A stretch of 64,000 nucleotides of DNA. Source: Selaginella moellendorffii (Eukaryota; Plantae; Lycopodiophyta). Each line of letters opens with the position of its first letter. The stretch's first letter is position 1. This document shows, piece by piece, positions 21,451 to 34,748 of the stretch. The notes beneath the pieces are model-generated. The model made no database searches. It saw nothing but the letters and a program-made list of their open reading frames with translations, and was not told the DNA's origin. The translations under genes and the position numbers were made by a program. The DNA is taken from positions 382,202 to 446,201 of the forward strand of contig NW_003314338.1 of the NCBI RefSeq assembly GCF_000143415.4, given 5' to 3'.

Positions 21451-24400
21451 ACTTTCCTCCTGGATGCGAGAACAAACAAAGAGAAGAACAAGAAAAAAAA
21501 CATGAGAGATTTTTTCCTGGACTGCGCAAGATCTTTGCTTTGATGTTCTACGATGACGCGGAGCTCTCGCCACTCCAGCCCGCTCATGTAAGGAAGACGG
21601 AGGAGGGATATGCCTTAATCGGCATCTTCTCTCTCTTGTTTTTCAAAAGGTTGAAAAGTAACTTTGAGTGGGTGTTTCTAAATTTGGCCGATTCCGTCGG
21701 CAGTGACAAACGAAGAGGAATCGGAGATCGGTCGCGGCTTTGCCAACCTGGACGACGTTTTCTGATCCATGCCAGTTCTTGTTAATTGATTTGTGTGTGT
21801 CCCCTGCATTGAACAATGAAGAATTGTTTAGATTTTGAACCGTTCTCAGAGATCTTCAAGAATTCTTCTCCTGGCAATGGCAACTGTAATTCCTCATCTC
21901 TACGTTTGAAGAGCTTCAGGTATTTCTCTCTTATGATTGTTATGTGATGAATTTACAATGATCAATAGGACTTCCATAGAATGTTGTATCGTCCCAGTAA
22001 TGCAAGGATGGACGCTCGTTTGTTCTTTGCCACTCGTTGAGGATATAATGGTTTTATGGCGACGATGATCTGACTCAAGTAGTGAATGCTCAGTTTATGT
22101 ATGGCTCGTCAGATACTGATCCGTGTGAGGTATCTAACTAGATTTTGAAGCCCACAACTCAGCAGTGGAATCCGAAGTTTAACCTCAAAGCCTGCCAAAA
22201 GAAGATTAAACAATATGCAGTACTCAGGAGAGGATATGAAGTGGCTTCTTTCAGACAAGCCATTGGATCTGGAGACTGAGTTAGCTCTCGGCTTTCTCGA
22301 GCATCATGTCTTTCAAAACTAGAGTCCTCAAAGCCATATGCATGGTTGCTGGAAAAATCTAACGCTGCCTATAAATTCGTGTAGGTTGGGAAATACCAGT
22401 GACTATTCGTCGAAACGACTCAACAACAAAACGATAATAACAAATTGATGAAAAACCATCAGTGTTTAGTTATTTACGAGCGATGTCCAGGGGAATTCTT
22501 TCACTGCGCTCTAGTAGAACTTAACTCTTCGATCGCACTGAAATCACTCAAAATTTGTTCGTGAGAAGAAGGCCCAAAAGGTTGCCTTAACTGTTTTGCT
22601 GGATCTTTGTAACTCTTCCTCGCGTTTGCGCTGGCAACCTCAGAGATTTCAAAGCGTTCGCAGACGGACGTCAAAGAGAAGAACATCGTCGCGGCTGTCT
22701 CCATGTATCGAGAAATCCTTTTCTTAGTGTCCTCTCCGTTATACGAAGGAATTGCAAAGCAAAACCTCAACGACCAGATTCTCCACCTTATATCAAGCCG
22801 CACAACATCCTCCTGGAATTCCGATACGTCAGCCTCAAATTGCTTGGCACGACCTTTGGAGAACTTTGACAAAAAGCTGAACAGTGAAGCCTACATCTCC
22901 TCGTACTTGTAATTCACATGGGACCGTTCCATGATCCTCAGAGAGTTCTCAAATTGGTGAAAGCTTTTGTCTTGTAAGACTTCCAGTCACTGCGGCTACA
23001 AAAACTACGTTTGCAGCGGCAATGTCTAGATTTCTTTATCCAACAGCAGAGATCATCCCAAGCCGATGGTGGATGATTTAGTTTGCATCCAAGCTTGGGA
23101 TTGCTCACGGGACATGCAATCTCCAATCGTCGTATAAAACCATACTCCGGGACTGAACTCCGGTTTTAAAACGTTTGGTTTCTTCGTAAATGTAGTTTTT
23201 GCCATGAACATTAATCATTTCGAGGATTTCGACGTTCTGCATAAGATTGATTTAACGTTCGCTTCATTGACTTGGGCTGCACTGCTTCATTCAGACTCTG
23301 AAGTATGGACAAGATCAGGCAATTCCTCTGCTCGGCATTGCTGCTCCTCTCTTTGATGGCAGGTGGTCCAGAGCTGTGAATCCAGATTTATGATAATGGG
23401 CTCGTTATTTTAAGGATGAAATATATATAAGACTTTTTAATTGTTTAAAAGAGTTGTGTAATTGCATATTATTTTTTGAATAATTTTTTGTTTGCTTAAG
23501 CAAACCCTAGGATGGACCTAAAATATTCTTGAATATTTTAGGATATTTTACCATATTTATAATTTATAAACTTTCTTAAACCCTTTTTAGTATATTTTTT
23601 TTATTCTATCATGCAATAAGGTTAATCTTGTGTTTATAAATTACAAAAATAATTATAAACTTTATTTAATCAATTAACAATAACACTACAACCAAGCATT
23701 GCTACATGCAATGTGCAGCAATTTATTTTTACTTTATTTTTCTTGACTTCTATGTGATTCCCTAGCAAAATTTAAAAGGTTTCTTAAATCTTGCCAATTG
23801 GCTGAGTTTTCTCCCACATCGATCAAACCGCCAAAAAACTATTGCATTATTATGTTTGTATATAGCAATTTGGAGGCTGAGGGAAATGCTTCAATTGTAA
23901 ATTGGAACAACTTGTAAAAAAGGAATCTTTGTGTTGATTGCGACTTGTTGTGGAAACACAATGATCCCTAGTATAGTAGAAGTGTTAGAAGAGATCTCTA
24001 TTGAGTGGTTGCCTAGTGCAAAAAAAAACCTCAACACCTTCTTGGGAAAACTGGGTTGGAGAATCTTGGTGTACATTGCAAACAGCCAATGTTCCCAAGC
24101 ACCTCTGGGAGTCGGAGAGAGTGAAAAGGCCATTTCTGTCACGGACAAGAAGTCAGGAGTGAGAAAGAATCATTAGAGAAGTTATGCATGACATTTCCCT
24201 GGTGGTGCAAGCTTGTGAGCAGCAATTCTACTGCAAGAAGGTCCCTAAGAGTACAATTGGCAACCTAAACGAGCTCAAGAGCAGCTAGGGCAAGAGGAGG
24301 AAGAAGGAACAGCACGTTACACCATATGGATTAGAATTAACTTGGACTGTTTGCCCCACCCTGGACAAGGATGACGACTAAGTTAATAACGAATCTTTTT

Positions 24401-24761
24401 TGGCTCTCTCGTGCATTTAAATGGATCATATAACTTTGACTCGGTTTTATATTGTCTCTCTCGTACTCCGCGAGTTTTTAGCCTTTCTCAGCTCTCTAGA
24501 TACTGCTCTTGAAAATCTCATCACAACTAATAATGAGAAGGACTTTTAGGGCTTGTAAAGTATATTCGCTTTGGACCTTTTTAGGGTTTTGTCTTTCCCG
24601 CCGAGCGTTTTCCCTGCCGCGGCGATCGGCCTTCTTTTTCTTCGGCCCATTCGATCAAGAAATGCGAGCGCTCCCGAGGTTTCGATCTCAGGTATCGCAT
24701 TTCTCATCTTGTCGATCGGGCTTCGAGCTTCTTCTCGCGAGCGACGCCGCCGGTGGTGGCA

Positions 24762-27700
24762 ATGGCGATGAAGATTGCCCTGCTGTACATCCTTGCGTCA
24801 CGCTTCTTCATCGACCCTTTCATTGTAAGCTAGTCGATTCTATTCTTCCTCTTTTCTCATGTTTTGTTCTTCGATTCAGGCGCTCGGGCTCCTTTCGAGA
24901 AATCAAAGGGACGCGTTGTGCACTATAGGGAGCACCTGTGAGTCTTTACCTCCTCTCGATCTAGCTGTGGATTACGACTCCGATCACTTTTGGGTCCCCT
25001 TGTCTTGGAACCCATGCAGCAACGAATGTGGAGGTGGAACACAGGTAATGAACTACACGCTCTCTCATCCTCTGCCTTGTTTTCTCTTGACTTCTTAACG
25101 TTTCTATTCTAGACGGCAGCGCTGGGTTGCTATGCTAGCAACTTGACGAGAGTTTCTTCATCGATCTGTGAAGATCTACCGAAGTTAAGTGTCGAACAGG
25201 TAAGCATTGCTTGCTTCCTCTGCTGTACGTGAAATCTTCTACAATTTTTCTTCGTAGCCATGCAATGCCATCGAGTGTCCAAGCTATACGGTGTACAGAT
25301 CACCATGGAGCGAGTGTAGCAAAACTTGTGGAACGGGATATCAGACCAGGTATATGCTTGGTTTGAGGAGGCTTCGTTTACGTACAGGTTTCTGCAGAGA
25401 AGTTCTTTGCCATGACAACCTTGGCTCGCTCGTTCATTCCCAGCATTGCGATCTAGAAGAAAGCTATGTAGAGTCACAGCTATGCAATACTGATGCTTGT
25501 GAAGCCAGCTACTGGACCCTTCCAGCTTGGAGCGCGTGCGATGCGCCGTGTGGTGGTGGAAGGCAGAAGAGAATTCCCACTTGTCATTCTACTCGAACAG
25601 AAGTATCCATATGCACTGGAGAGCGGCCAAAAACAGAACAAATGTGCAACACTCAGGTATATTGTGTAGAGAGTGACTTTGATTCCCTTTTCTTTCTTTT
25701 AAACAGGCTTGCAGCACGCATGCCTGGCTCGTCGGCCCATGGAAATCATGTCCTTACGAGTGTGAAGCTACCACAGACCGCCTTGTACAGGTTTTACAAT
25801 TGTTATTGTTTTTGTTTTTCTTTCGTGTGACACCTCCTTTCAGTGTGTAGACGGCTATGGATTTGAACAACCTGACTCTGAGTGCCCAGGGAGCAAGCCA
25901 GCAAGCACTATTTCATGTGATCAACCCCACATCAGTTGCAGCGACTGCCTGTACGATTGTTTTGGTCATGGTGTTTGTAAGGTGTGTACTGTAGTATAAC
26001 GTTTTCAACTTCTCGTGTCACTGGATCTTTCTGTTTGTTTCCAGCCTGATCAATGCTCTTGTTATGATGGCTGGACTGGCAAGTATTGCCAGACACCTAG
26101 CAATTGCCATGGTTCCTTGGGATATTCTGAACAAGCCAAAGCTCGATGTTGCCACTTGGTGGATGTCAATCAAAGATGCTGTAGCACCACAGCTTCTCTA
26201 GACAAGGTAGGCACCTTATCTGGTGTGCGCTTTTAAAGTTTTTGTTGATATTTTTATCTACCTTCTTACAAGGTTTCAGGATGGAAACTGCTGTGCAAGC
26301 GGTGTACTTGACAGTCTTGGTGTCTGTGACGGTGTTGCAACGTAAGTGCGTCAGAAGTTCTAGCTTCAACGGTTAATTCTCTCTGTGCGTGCAGGATGAT
26401 AGATTTTGAAGGAAAGCCATGCTCTACGATTCGAGATGAGAAAGGGCTCTGCTGTATTAGCGGAGTTTTAGATGAATGCCATATATGCGATGGCGATGGT
26501 ACAACCTGCTCAACGGATATGACCCTCTACTTGAACGTGACCGGATTCGCTCAAGCAATCCAGGAAGGCGCATTTCAGAAGTTTCTTACCTCTACAATGA
26601 GCAGAGTGAGTTTTCCCGTCCTGTTTGTTTTCACAGGTAGTTGACATCACGTTTTATTTTTGCAGTTGGCATCTAAGCTACGTATAGCCGATGAAGCTTT
26701 AACAGTAGCAGAAGTTCGAATGATCAGCCCAGGAGGTGAAACATGCGCCGTTGATGCACTACAGGACAGTCTTTGCTCGCAAGACGAGCAGATAAACGGC
26801 CTTGCAGTTGTCAATGCTACAGTTTTTCCTACCAGTGTAAGTTTCAATCTTCTCTTTACTACTGCTGTATATGTCGTACATTTTTACAGCCGGATATGGT
26901 GATCAAGAAAAGAAAAGATGTGCTCGCTGCACTTCAACCCGGTCCGTTATCTTCCTCCCTCACTGTTCTTCCTGAGGTAACGTCTCTCAGTTCTGCTTTG
27001 TTGGTAACTCCTTTTGCCTGCTTCCATTTTGCAGGCTTTGAGTGCGGATTTATTGTTTGTAGGGGACGTAAGAAGAGCTGGTGTTTGCGGCAATGGCTTG
27101 TGTGAAAGGGGTGAGAGATGTACCAGCGTCGGCGCAAGTGCTACCACTTTCAGAACGTCCTGCTGCCTTCAGGATTGTCCGTATGTGTCAGCTGTGTGTC
27201 CGGCTCCAATGGCTGGTCCGATGAAAAACAAAACTTGCTCCGGTAGGGGCATTTGCCTGGAGGCGTCTGGACAATGCGATTGTTTCCGAGGTATGTTTAC
27301 TGGGATTTTTATGTCTTCATTCCTGGAAACGTCTTTGCTTTCTTCAGGCTATGCTGGATCCGATTGCTCCATATGTGCCTGGGGATGGATACAAACGCCG
27401 TCCGGTGCATGTGTTATGCTTCCGGATCCACATTCTTTGTCGAAGCTGGTTGCAGCATACAAGGAGCAAAAACCGAAGCCTGCTCCAACTCATCGCCATC
27501 GGAAAGGCATCGACGCATCTGGAACGGTCATTCTCCTTGCCCTGTGCGGGGTTTGTCTAGCGCTGCTGCTGCTCCTGATTGTAGCCGAGCACCACCAGCA
27601 ACGTCGGGTGGGAGTTCATCCGGAACCTGCGAATGATCCTCCAGGTACTTGTTTCACTTTCTTTCAGTCATGAGAAAGACTAGTTTTTCTTTCTTCGCTG

Positions 27701-28220
27701 CTTACAGCCAACGGCGGAGAGCGAGCAGCTACAAAATGGAGATCATCGTATCTCGGACCACACTCGGAGTACGATGTCATTCCTATCACTCCAAGGCCTC
27801 CGACACAAACAACGCAAACAATAGAGACACCACCCTCGCAAGTTTTGCCAGGTACCTTGTCAGCTTACGTCCTCATCTCCTTTCTCATGCTTTCTCTTGC
27901 CAGCAGGCGAGTCCTCGCGGCGGTGGTCTTCTCGGAGATCGTTCTTTGGTGGAAAAGATGGAACCGGAAAGAGAAGCTTTCGCGACGGCTCTCCTTCGGA
28001 GCTGGAGCTCCAGTCGGGCCCAAACTTGGTCACCACGGGCGAGGATCTGACCGAGGAGGAGCAGGCCAAGATGAGCGAGCGAGTGAGGAAGGAGCTGCGG
28101 GGATCCAGAAGCGCCAAGTTCGTCACTGGCTACCTCACCGACTCGGAGGACTCGGACGGCGGCGACGAGCACAACACCCACTGCTGCACGCCAGACTCCC
28201 CCGCCATTGTTCGAACGTAA
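24762..28220 (+). CDS. Type I membrane protein with thrombospondin type-1 repeats, EGF-like and Cys-rich modules (multi-exon)
   Basis: Signal-like MAMKIALLYILASRFF; WNPCSNECGGGTQ, WSECSKTCGTGYQTR, WSACDAPCGGGRQKR and WLVGPWKSC; CFGHGVC..CSCYDGWTGKYC; CSGRGIC..GQCDCF.GYAGSDC; TM VILLALCGVCLALLLLLIVA at about 27527-27586; low-complexity cytoplasmic tail. Confidence 0.8.
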
Positions 28221-28446
28221 TATATTCCAAGCATGAGGCAGGCATATTCTGTCACTAACAGGCATATTCACGAGCTATGGTGTGAATATTCTGTCACTAA
28301 GGCATATTCTGTCGGACAGAATTTTGGAGACTTCTCTTGTTTCCTATTTCGCAGCCGTGTAACAAAAATCTTGTCGTGAGAGTTCAAGCTCAAAGATTCA
28401 AGATCATGCTCACGATGAATCGCTTTAATAGAGATTTTTTTTTTCC

Positions 28447-28886
28447 TTACGCACTTCTCAAGGGAGGCGATACCAAGATCACTCCATCGCCCCTCACAAA
28501 CAAGTATGGAACCTGTCGCTTTGTCGTCTGGAAAGGCGGGAATGGTTATAGAGCGAGTATAGAGTCCTCCAAATCAAATAGCGTCTCTCTTACCTTGACA
28601 ATCTCCTCGTAAGTCTCGTCGTCAATCTCCGTGGTGGTCACGACCTCCTCCACTTCTCCCAGGATCATGTTTAAATGCTGGTCATAGGCCTGGAAAACAA
28701 AGACCCACAACTCAGATGAGTCCCTTCCCGAAGTATAACTTTGATGGATGAAAATCTATGGAAACTTACATGTAGCTTGCCTCGGAGCTCCCTATCGGCG
28801 CGCAGCTTGACGTAGATCCGCTCGTCCAGGCTGAGCCGGATGAGATCAAGCGGCTCCTTGACAGCGCCGTCCTCTTCACTCGCCAT
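28447..28886 (-). CDS. LSM3: U6 snRNA-associated Sm-like protein LSm3 (3 exons)
   Basis: [29 protein letters not shown] / [11 protein letters not shown] / [19 protein letters not shown]. Confidence 0.95.
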
Positions 28887-28995
28887 TTCCCACTCAGAGC
28901 TTTAGGGCTACTACTCTAGAATATTCACGGAATAATCATCCCGTACCATGTACGGCGAGACACTTCATACGCTCTGTAACTTCACAAAGAAAATC

Positions 28996-30927
28996 TCACG
29001 GCTCCGTTGTTCTATCAATGTCGGCCGAGTACGTGTCGATCAGCACCTCCCTCTCGTTTGGAACAGTCTCGACCACGGTGGTGGGCTTGGACTGCACGTC
29101 TTCGGATTTCACAGCCTCTTCCTGCTGCTGCTCGGCGTCTGGATTCGACGCGCGCTCGCTGCTGCTCTCGCCGGGGTTTGCCTCGTGATGACGATTCTCT
29201 TCTTCTGGAACAGCAGCCTCTAGTCCAGCATCGCCATTTTCTTGAGGCCTGGATGGAGCAACGCAAACGAGTTAAGAAGACAACTTTAGAACGAAGAGCT
29301 CTGGTACCTTGCGTGAGAGAACTCTTCGCTGATCATCTTTTCTCTGCTGACCCTCTGCTCACCAGCGGCGGTGGCGGAGGCAGCGGCGGCCGCATCACTC
29401 GCGGCGGCTCCTTGGCGGATTCTGGCCGCCTCCATAAGCAGCATTTGCTCCCTCGCCTTTGCAAGCTCTTTCTGCCATCTCTGCGCCTCCACAAGAGCCT
29501 CATCTCGCTCTCTCATCACAGCGGCGTACCGTTCTTCTCCTGCCTTGAGCTTTAGCCACACCGGACGTTACGATCTTGTGAGTTCCAGCAGAAGGAAAAG
29601 AGTACCTGAAGCCGTGCAACTTTTGTTCGATCGTCGAGCTCCTTGAGAGCGCGGTCTGCTTCTGCTCTCGCGGCTTTTCTTTCTTTGTCCATGGCGTGCG
29701 CAGCTCGAGCCGCAGCCTCGGCAGCATCGGCTGTTTCGGACAGACGATCCGCGAGCTCCTTGATCGTCACATCCCGTGTTCTCAGCTCTCTGGATAGCTG
29801 ATGGAGCTCTTCATCCTTGACTCTCAAAGTTTCCTGGAAGAAATACACGAGATTTGTAGAAAGAAAAATGGAGATCATCACTACACGCACCTTCATAATG
29901 GAAACATTGTCCATACCACCGTCACCACTGGCGGTCTGCGATGATTTCCCACTGAGAGTAGCCTTGATGGACGTTTGCATTTCCGAGGCAATGTCTTTCG
30001 CCGCTTCCTTAGCTACTGTGTTTGCTGCTGTGACAACAGCAGCTACTGTTCCTAGCTTTGCCGCACCATTTCCACTCAGCGAGTTGACAGCCTCTTTGTG
30101 AGCTTTCAACACCAAAGATGATGCCCTGTCCATGCATTACTGTCACAATGGTAGAGTGGAAAGACGATATTGGCTTACCTCAAAGTGGCCACCCAAGCTC
30201 TTGCAACAGCCTGACTCTCAGCACAGAGATAGTATTCCTTCTTATTTGGTGTACCAATATCTGATCACTAGTTCAGGCCAAGAAAGCTAAAGAATTCTAT
30301 AGTCGTGAAAAGGATACAAAAGCAGCAACCATCGTACTTCTTCGCACCGCTGAAGAACAAGACGAAAAAAATCAATAGAGAAGAAGAACCAACACAACAA
30401 TGTTTTGGAAAGACAAAGCTTACTGAAAATTTATAGGAGACAAAGTGATGGTACTATCAGCATCGAAGTAAATTTGTCCTCGTGACGACAGATCTCCTCG
30501 ATCCAGCCTGAAAAATCTCCACTTTAGCAAAGAATCGCAACAAAAATCGCAAAGTACCTGTACTCCATCTTTCCTGTTGCTGGATCCAATGTGAACCATC
30601 GTTGGTTCCACTTACGCAACTGGAATAACAAAACTTTAGTGATCCTTTTTGTTTCTCACAGCGCGACTCCAATCCACTCGGCTCTTACTGTCTCGGAGCG
30701 CTTGAAAAGTGGCCCTTGTAGAGCGGAATTCCCAGAGCCAGCGCTCAATTGCTTCTTGATCTTCTCCAAGCTAGATTTCGAGTCGGCAGCCGATAGCTGC
30801 CGCTGCTGATCGTCTCCTCCCAGCTGAAACACACAGATCGCATGAAATTCCTAAGAATGCTGGCCAGAAACACTACCGATTCCATCAGCCTCGCATCCCG
30901 CAGGGCAACATCGGGCAGAAGATCCAT
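28996..30927 (-). CDS. Plant SWAP70-like PH-domain coiled-coil protein (multi-exon)
   Basis: SLEKIKKQL..GSG...QGPLFKRSET / LRKWNQRWF.LDP.TGKMEY / YIGTP.KKEYYLCAES / LVLKAHKEAVNSLSGNG and a coiled coil LSETADAAEAAA. Confidence 0.85.
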
Positions 30928-30951
30928 CCAACCCTCGAAGAACCCTAAAAC

Positions 30952-30980
30952 CTGACGTGGAAATTAAAGAGTGACGTGGC
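30952..30980. promoter_or_regulatory. Pair of TGACGTGG (bZIP G-box/Hex-type) motifs upstream of the SWAP70-like gene
   Basis: CTGACGTGG...GTGACGTGGC within about 55 nt of the ATG at 30927. Confidence 0.35.
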
Positions 30981-31058
30981 GACTAACTATTGGCGAAAGG
31001 TTGGATAAAGTAAAAAATGAAAGAATAGTTATCTTTCACTGTAAATTTTTTCCAGAAA

Positions 31059-32936
31059 CTATTGCACAAAATTGTCGATCATATGCTGAATCACATCAGC
31101 TCCACGAGAGTGTAAGCCGGTAGATTTTACCTGCGAAACTTCTCTCTTTTAGAACACGACGAAAGAGAAGAACAAAAAATGGGATTTTTTTCGCTACCTG
31201 AATGGTGCTGTGTGCAAAGAAACGTTGTAGTGTTCCATGGAAATTTACATCCACTCTCTCCCATTTGATCTTCGTGAGGCCTCTTATCATCTCCTCTGGA
31301 AGAAGAACAAGATCCAATGCTTTTGATGTTCCTCTAAAACTTAAACGTATATCCATACCTTCAAGAGGATCAGACGCAGGAGGAATGACCACCTCTGCGA
31401 CGGGCGATCTTAAGTTGCGCTCCTCATTGTCTGGAATGATTTCCTCAACCGAGACAATGTGTGGATATCTGGGACCGATTGGAGTAGTGGTTACCTGAAA
31501 CCAAAGAGTTTCGTGTTACAGTTTTACGATTGTGAATTGCAATACATCTCACCTTTGGAAGTTCTGATTCCCTTCGGAGAGATGATGTGCGCCAGCCAAC
31601 CATGTCTAGACGTGAAATCAAGGATCACATAGCTGAAAAAAGAAGAAACTAGAGTCTCGCATTCAAGACACACAAAAGGATACGATCGTTTTGAACGTTT
31701 GCGTAGGCTACGTGACGCTTGAACAGCTGCAAAGCGGATCTACATGAACAGACACACAAGTATTTAAGAAAACGACACAAAGGATACAGGTACATACTTA
31801 CAAAAACATCCCGTCCTCGCAATCTGTCACCATTCGACACAGGAGAGGCGGATGATTGGGCTTGCCATCCGTCAGAAAAAGGTGCCGACCCGTTCGTCCC
31901 ACAAACCAATGCGCGATGCACACGGCTGCGCTTTCCAAACATCGGAAACCACAGAGAATAGGAAGCTGCAAACAAAAAACAAAGAGAGTAAATGCTGACG
32001 GTGACCGCAAAGGAGTAGAAAGTGAAAAGGGCGCAAGCAAACCTGGCCATTTGCTCTCGAGCCAAGATGAGGAGTAGCAACAGTGATGAAATTCACAGCT
32101 TGCAAACCAGCAATGGTTCCACGAACAGGAAGCTTTTCCTCCTCTCCTTTAGCATTCTCCTCTGGCTTAGGATCCACGTCTTTCAGCCCCAGGTCTGCTG
32201 GTCTGTAGAGCTGCGCTATGGCATATCGAGCGACAAGACCACCCAGCGAGTGAGCAACGAACGATATTTTCTGGACTCCACGAGTTTCGTTAATCGTTCG
32301 CTGGACCTGGAGTTTTCGAGAGATCTCTATCAAGAACAAGGAAAAGTCGAGCTTGTGATGAAAGTGAGACCCAAACCTCTTCTGCAAGACGTTTCCCCAT
32401 CACGTCGACGCCATCGAACGTAGAAATCGCCGCGTTGCATGAACTACCTACAGTTAGAAAAAGGTTAAAGAAGAGACTATAAAGGGGAGAAGCTTGCAAA
32501 AAAAGAGAACTTACGATAGATGAAGACTCGTTCTCCCAATTTCTCCTTGAATTTCTTGGCAGCAAACTTCCAATCGTCCGCACTGCAACCTTACAAGAAA
32601 ATCCATCACGACTAAGAACCGGATCAACAGTAAAAATCCTAGTACAAGATATTTCGCAAGAAAGAATTGGCTGGATCATCACCTCCCGACGATCCCATTC
32701 ACCATCACGAGCAAATGCTCCCAGCTCCTGGGCTCCTCTCGCTCCTTATCCGTGATTACCTCCGCCATCTCGCGCGCATCCTCCTTCCTGCTCGCGATCC
32801 GCCGCGCCCTGGACGACGATTTCTCCCGCGACGGCGAAGAAATCTGCTGCGATCGAGCGCAAGGCAAGCATCCGCTGCCGCCGCGTTGCTTGATCGGCGA
32901 CGTGGGCGCCACAGCTCCAGCATCCCTCTCCGCCAT
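31059..32936 (-). CDS. DUF676 putative serine esterase/lipase (alpha/beta hydrolase, multi-exon)
   Basis: HLLVMVNGIVG, TFDGVDVMGKRLAEE, ISFVAHSLGGLVARYAI (nucleophile elbow), NFITVATPHLG, AYANVQND, FFAHSTIQV; last exon GADVIQHMIDNFVQ*. Confidence 0.88.
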
Positions 32937-33221
32937 CACGACAGCGCGCCAAGCTCCACCCCCATTTTCCAATCGCAAGAACTAATCTAGGTCGCGCTTC
33001 CGTATTGTCACGATCTTGACACGTAGGCCACCACGTGTACCAATCTCCTTTAAACAAACGTAAAAAAGCATTGACCTAAAAGGTAACGAGTGAAAAGTAA
33101 ATATATTAACTTAAACTAATTAAACTATTTCCAAGTAAATGAAACTGCTTGAAGTAAGTTTAACACTAATTAAACTTAATTAAACAAAATTAAACTAAAT
33201 AACCCAGAAGAAGGCTTTCTC

Positions 33222-34490
33222 TTATCGTGCCTCCACGACGAGATGATCCCACGGTAGCGTCTCGCGAACCAAGACGTCTCTCACTGTAACTGGCGGCTCC
33301 TCCGGTGGACGATCGTCACTGTACTCGAGCTTATCATATCCAGCCTCGGTGCAAGCCGCCGGAGTTTCTTCCTTGCTCAACTCGTGCCTCCGGCTCTCCG
33401 GTGGCAATGGCGAGGGCCTTCGTCTCGACGACGCTGGAGCTGGCGGCTCTGGAGCTCGGGGCTTGAGTGGAACTTCTCCGAATGGTTCCAGCTTCTGCCA
33501 GTTTAGAATGTTGTAGTTCTTGGCGCCGGAGGCTCGGCGGCCGAGGTACTGGCTTCGCAAGTTCGCCCTCCACCTGAGAAGCTCAAGTTCTTTAGAGAAA
33601 ACTCATGATCTTTGGAGGAAACTTGAGATCAAGGATCTTACTTCTGGCAGTCGTCCTCGTATCTTAGTTGCTCCCCTCCAAAGCTGTTGTGGTACTCGAG
33701 CGTGAAGATATCGTAGGCGGATCCACCTTTGTTGGCACGAACTCTTGCGTGAGGCTGCTCTTTGAAGAACTCGACGCGATCCTGGTCTTTCTGCCAGTCT
33801 TCTTCACACTTGTTGCGTACTTTCTGCCGCTGATACTCTCGCTCCGCCCCAAGTCTGTCCACGATTGCCTGCAATAAATGGTTCTGGATCAAATCGAGGT
33901 TTCTAAGTTGGAAGTCGAGGATGAGAAAGCTTACGGCTTCTTTGATTCTGTTCAAGCGCTGCTGCTCTTTCAAGTGGCCAGCGGCGTCGGTGTTGTGACG
34001 CTCCTCGTCTGAGGCATACGCGGCGCAGTCGCGTGGAGGCTGCGTCAAGCTGAGATTGGTGTAAGGCTTGTGGTGTCTCGTGAATCCAAAAACACGGCTC
34101 GCAAGCCTTCGTTTTTGCATGGCATCCTGTTCCAGCAAACAAGAAGAACGATTGAGAACATCAAAAAGAAAGCCAAGGCAAAAGCAAGAACAACGACACT
34201 GAGAAGGAAATTTTTTACGAAGTAGAAACAGCAAGGAAGAAGACGTCCAGATCTCTAACAAAACTTTCTAGATGAACAAGCGAAGGAAAAGAAGAGAAAA
34301 CCGGGTAAACACGACACACAAAGAAGAGTTGAGCTCACACTGAAGAAAGAACTAAAGATCTTCAAGGAAAACTTACGTGATCACTGCCATTGTAGCTCTC
34401 AAAGTGGCATTTCTGGGGGGCCTTTTGGACGAGATGCGAGTAGGCGAGCTTCCGGGGTCCCTTGGGAGGGATTGGCCCGAAAGAAGCCAT
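33222..34490 (-). CDS. Uncharacterised 4-exon protein, possibly flagellum-associated
   Basis: In-frame splicing gives MASFGPIPPKGPRK...SDH / DAMQKRR...RIKEA / AIVDRL...AYDIFTLEYHNSFGGEQLRYEDDCQK / WRANLRSQYL...NYNILNWQ and a Pro-rich tail. Confidence 0.6.
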
Positions 34491-34748
34491 TGGAAAGGCT
34501 AGAACAAAGAGAAAATCACGGCATTGCCATCGTGGTTGAGCTAAACTATGATCGATCACAGTACGTACCCAGTAGTGTAGGTGAAGTGACATCGCAAGCA
34601 CTGCCATATCTTATCGCGCCTCCTCGCGCTCTACTTCCCCTAAAATCCCCTAAACTCTAGGGTAAGGTTCGAATCCCATGAAGCGCCAAGCACAATTGAG
34701 GATATTCTCTACTAGCTGAAATCCAACGGTCTGGATTGATGGCCAGCG

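Noticed and set aside
22420-23350. Moderately GC-rich segment with 60-120-aa ORFs
   Set aside because: Multiple stops and no recognisable motif; may be a decayed gene but cannot be assigned
28238-28313. Short GGCATATTCTGTCACTAA-type repeats
   Set aside because: Irregular 3-4 partial copies in a 3'UTR region; not a CRISPR array and the context is eukaryotic
34661-34690. GGTTCGAATCCC...GCGCCA resembling a tRNA 3' end
   Set aside because: No A-box, D-arm or cloverleaf upstream; lies in a divergent promoter
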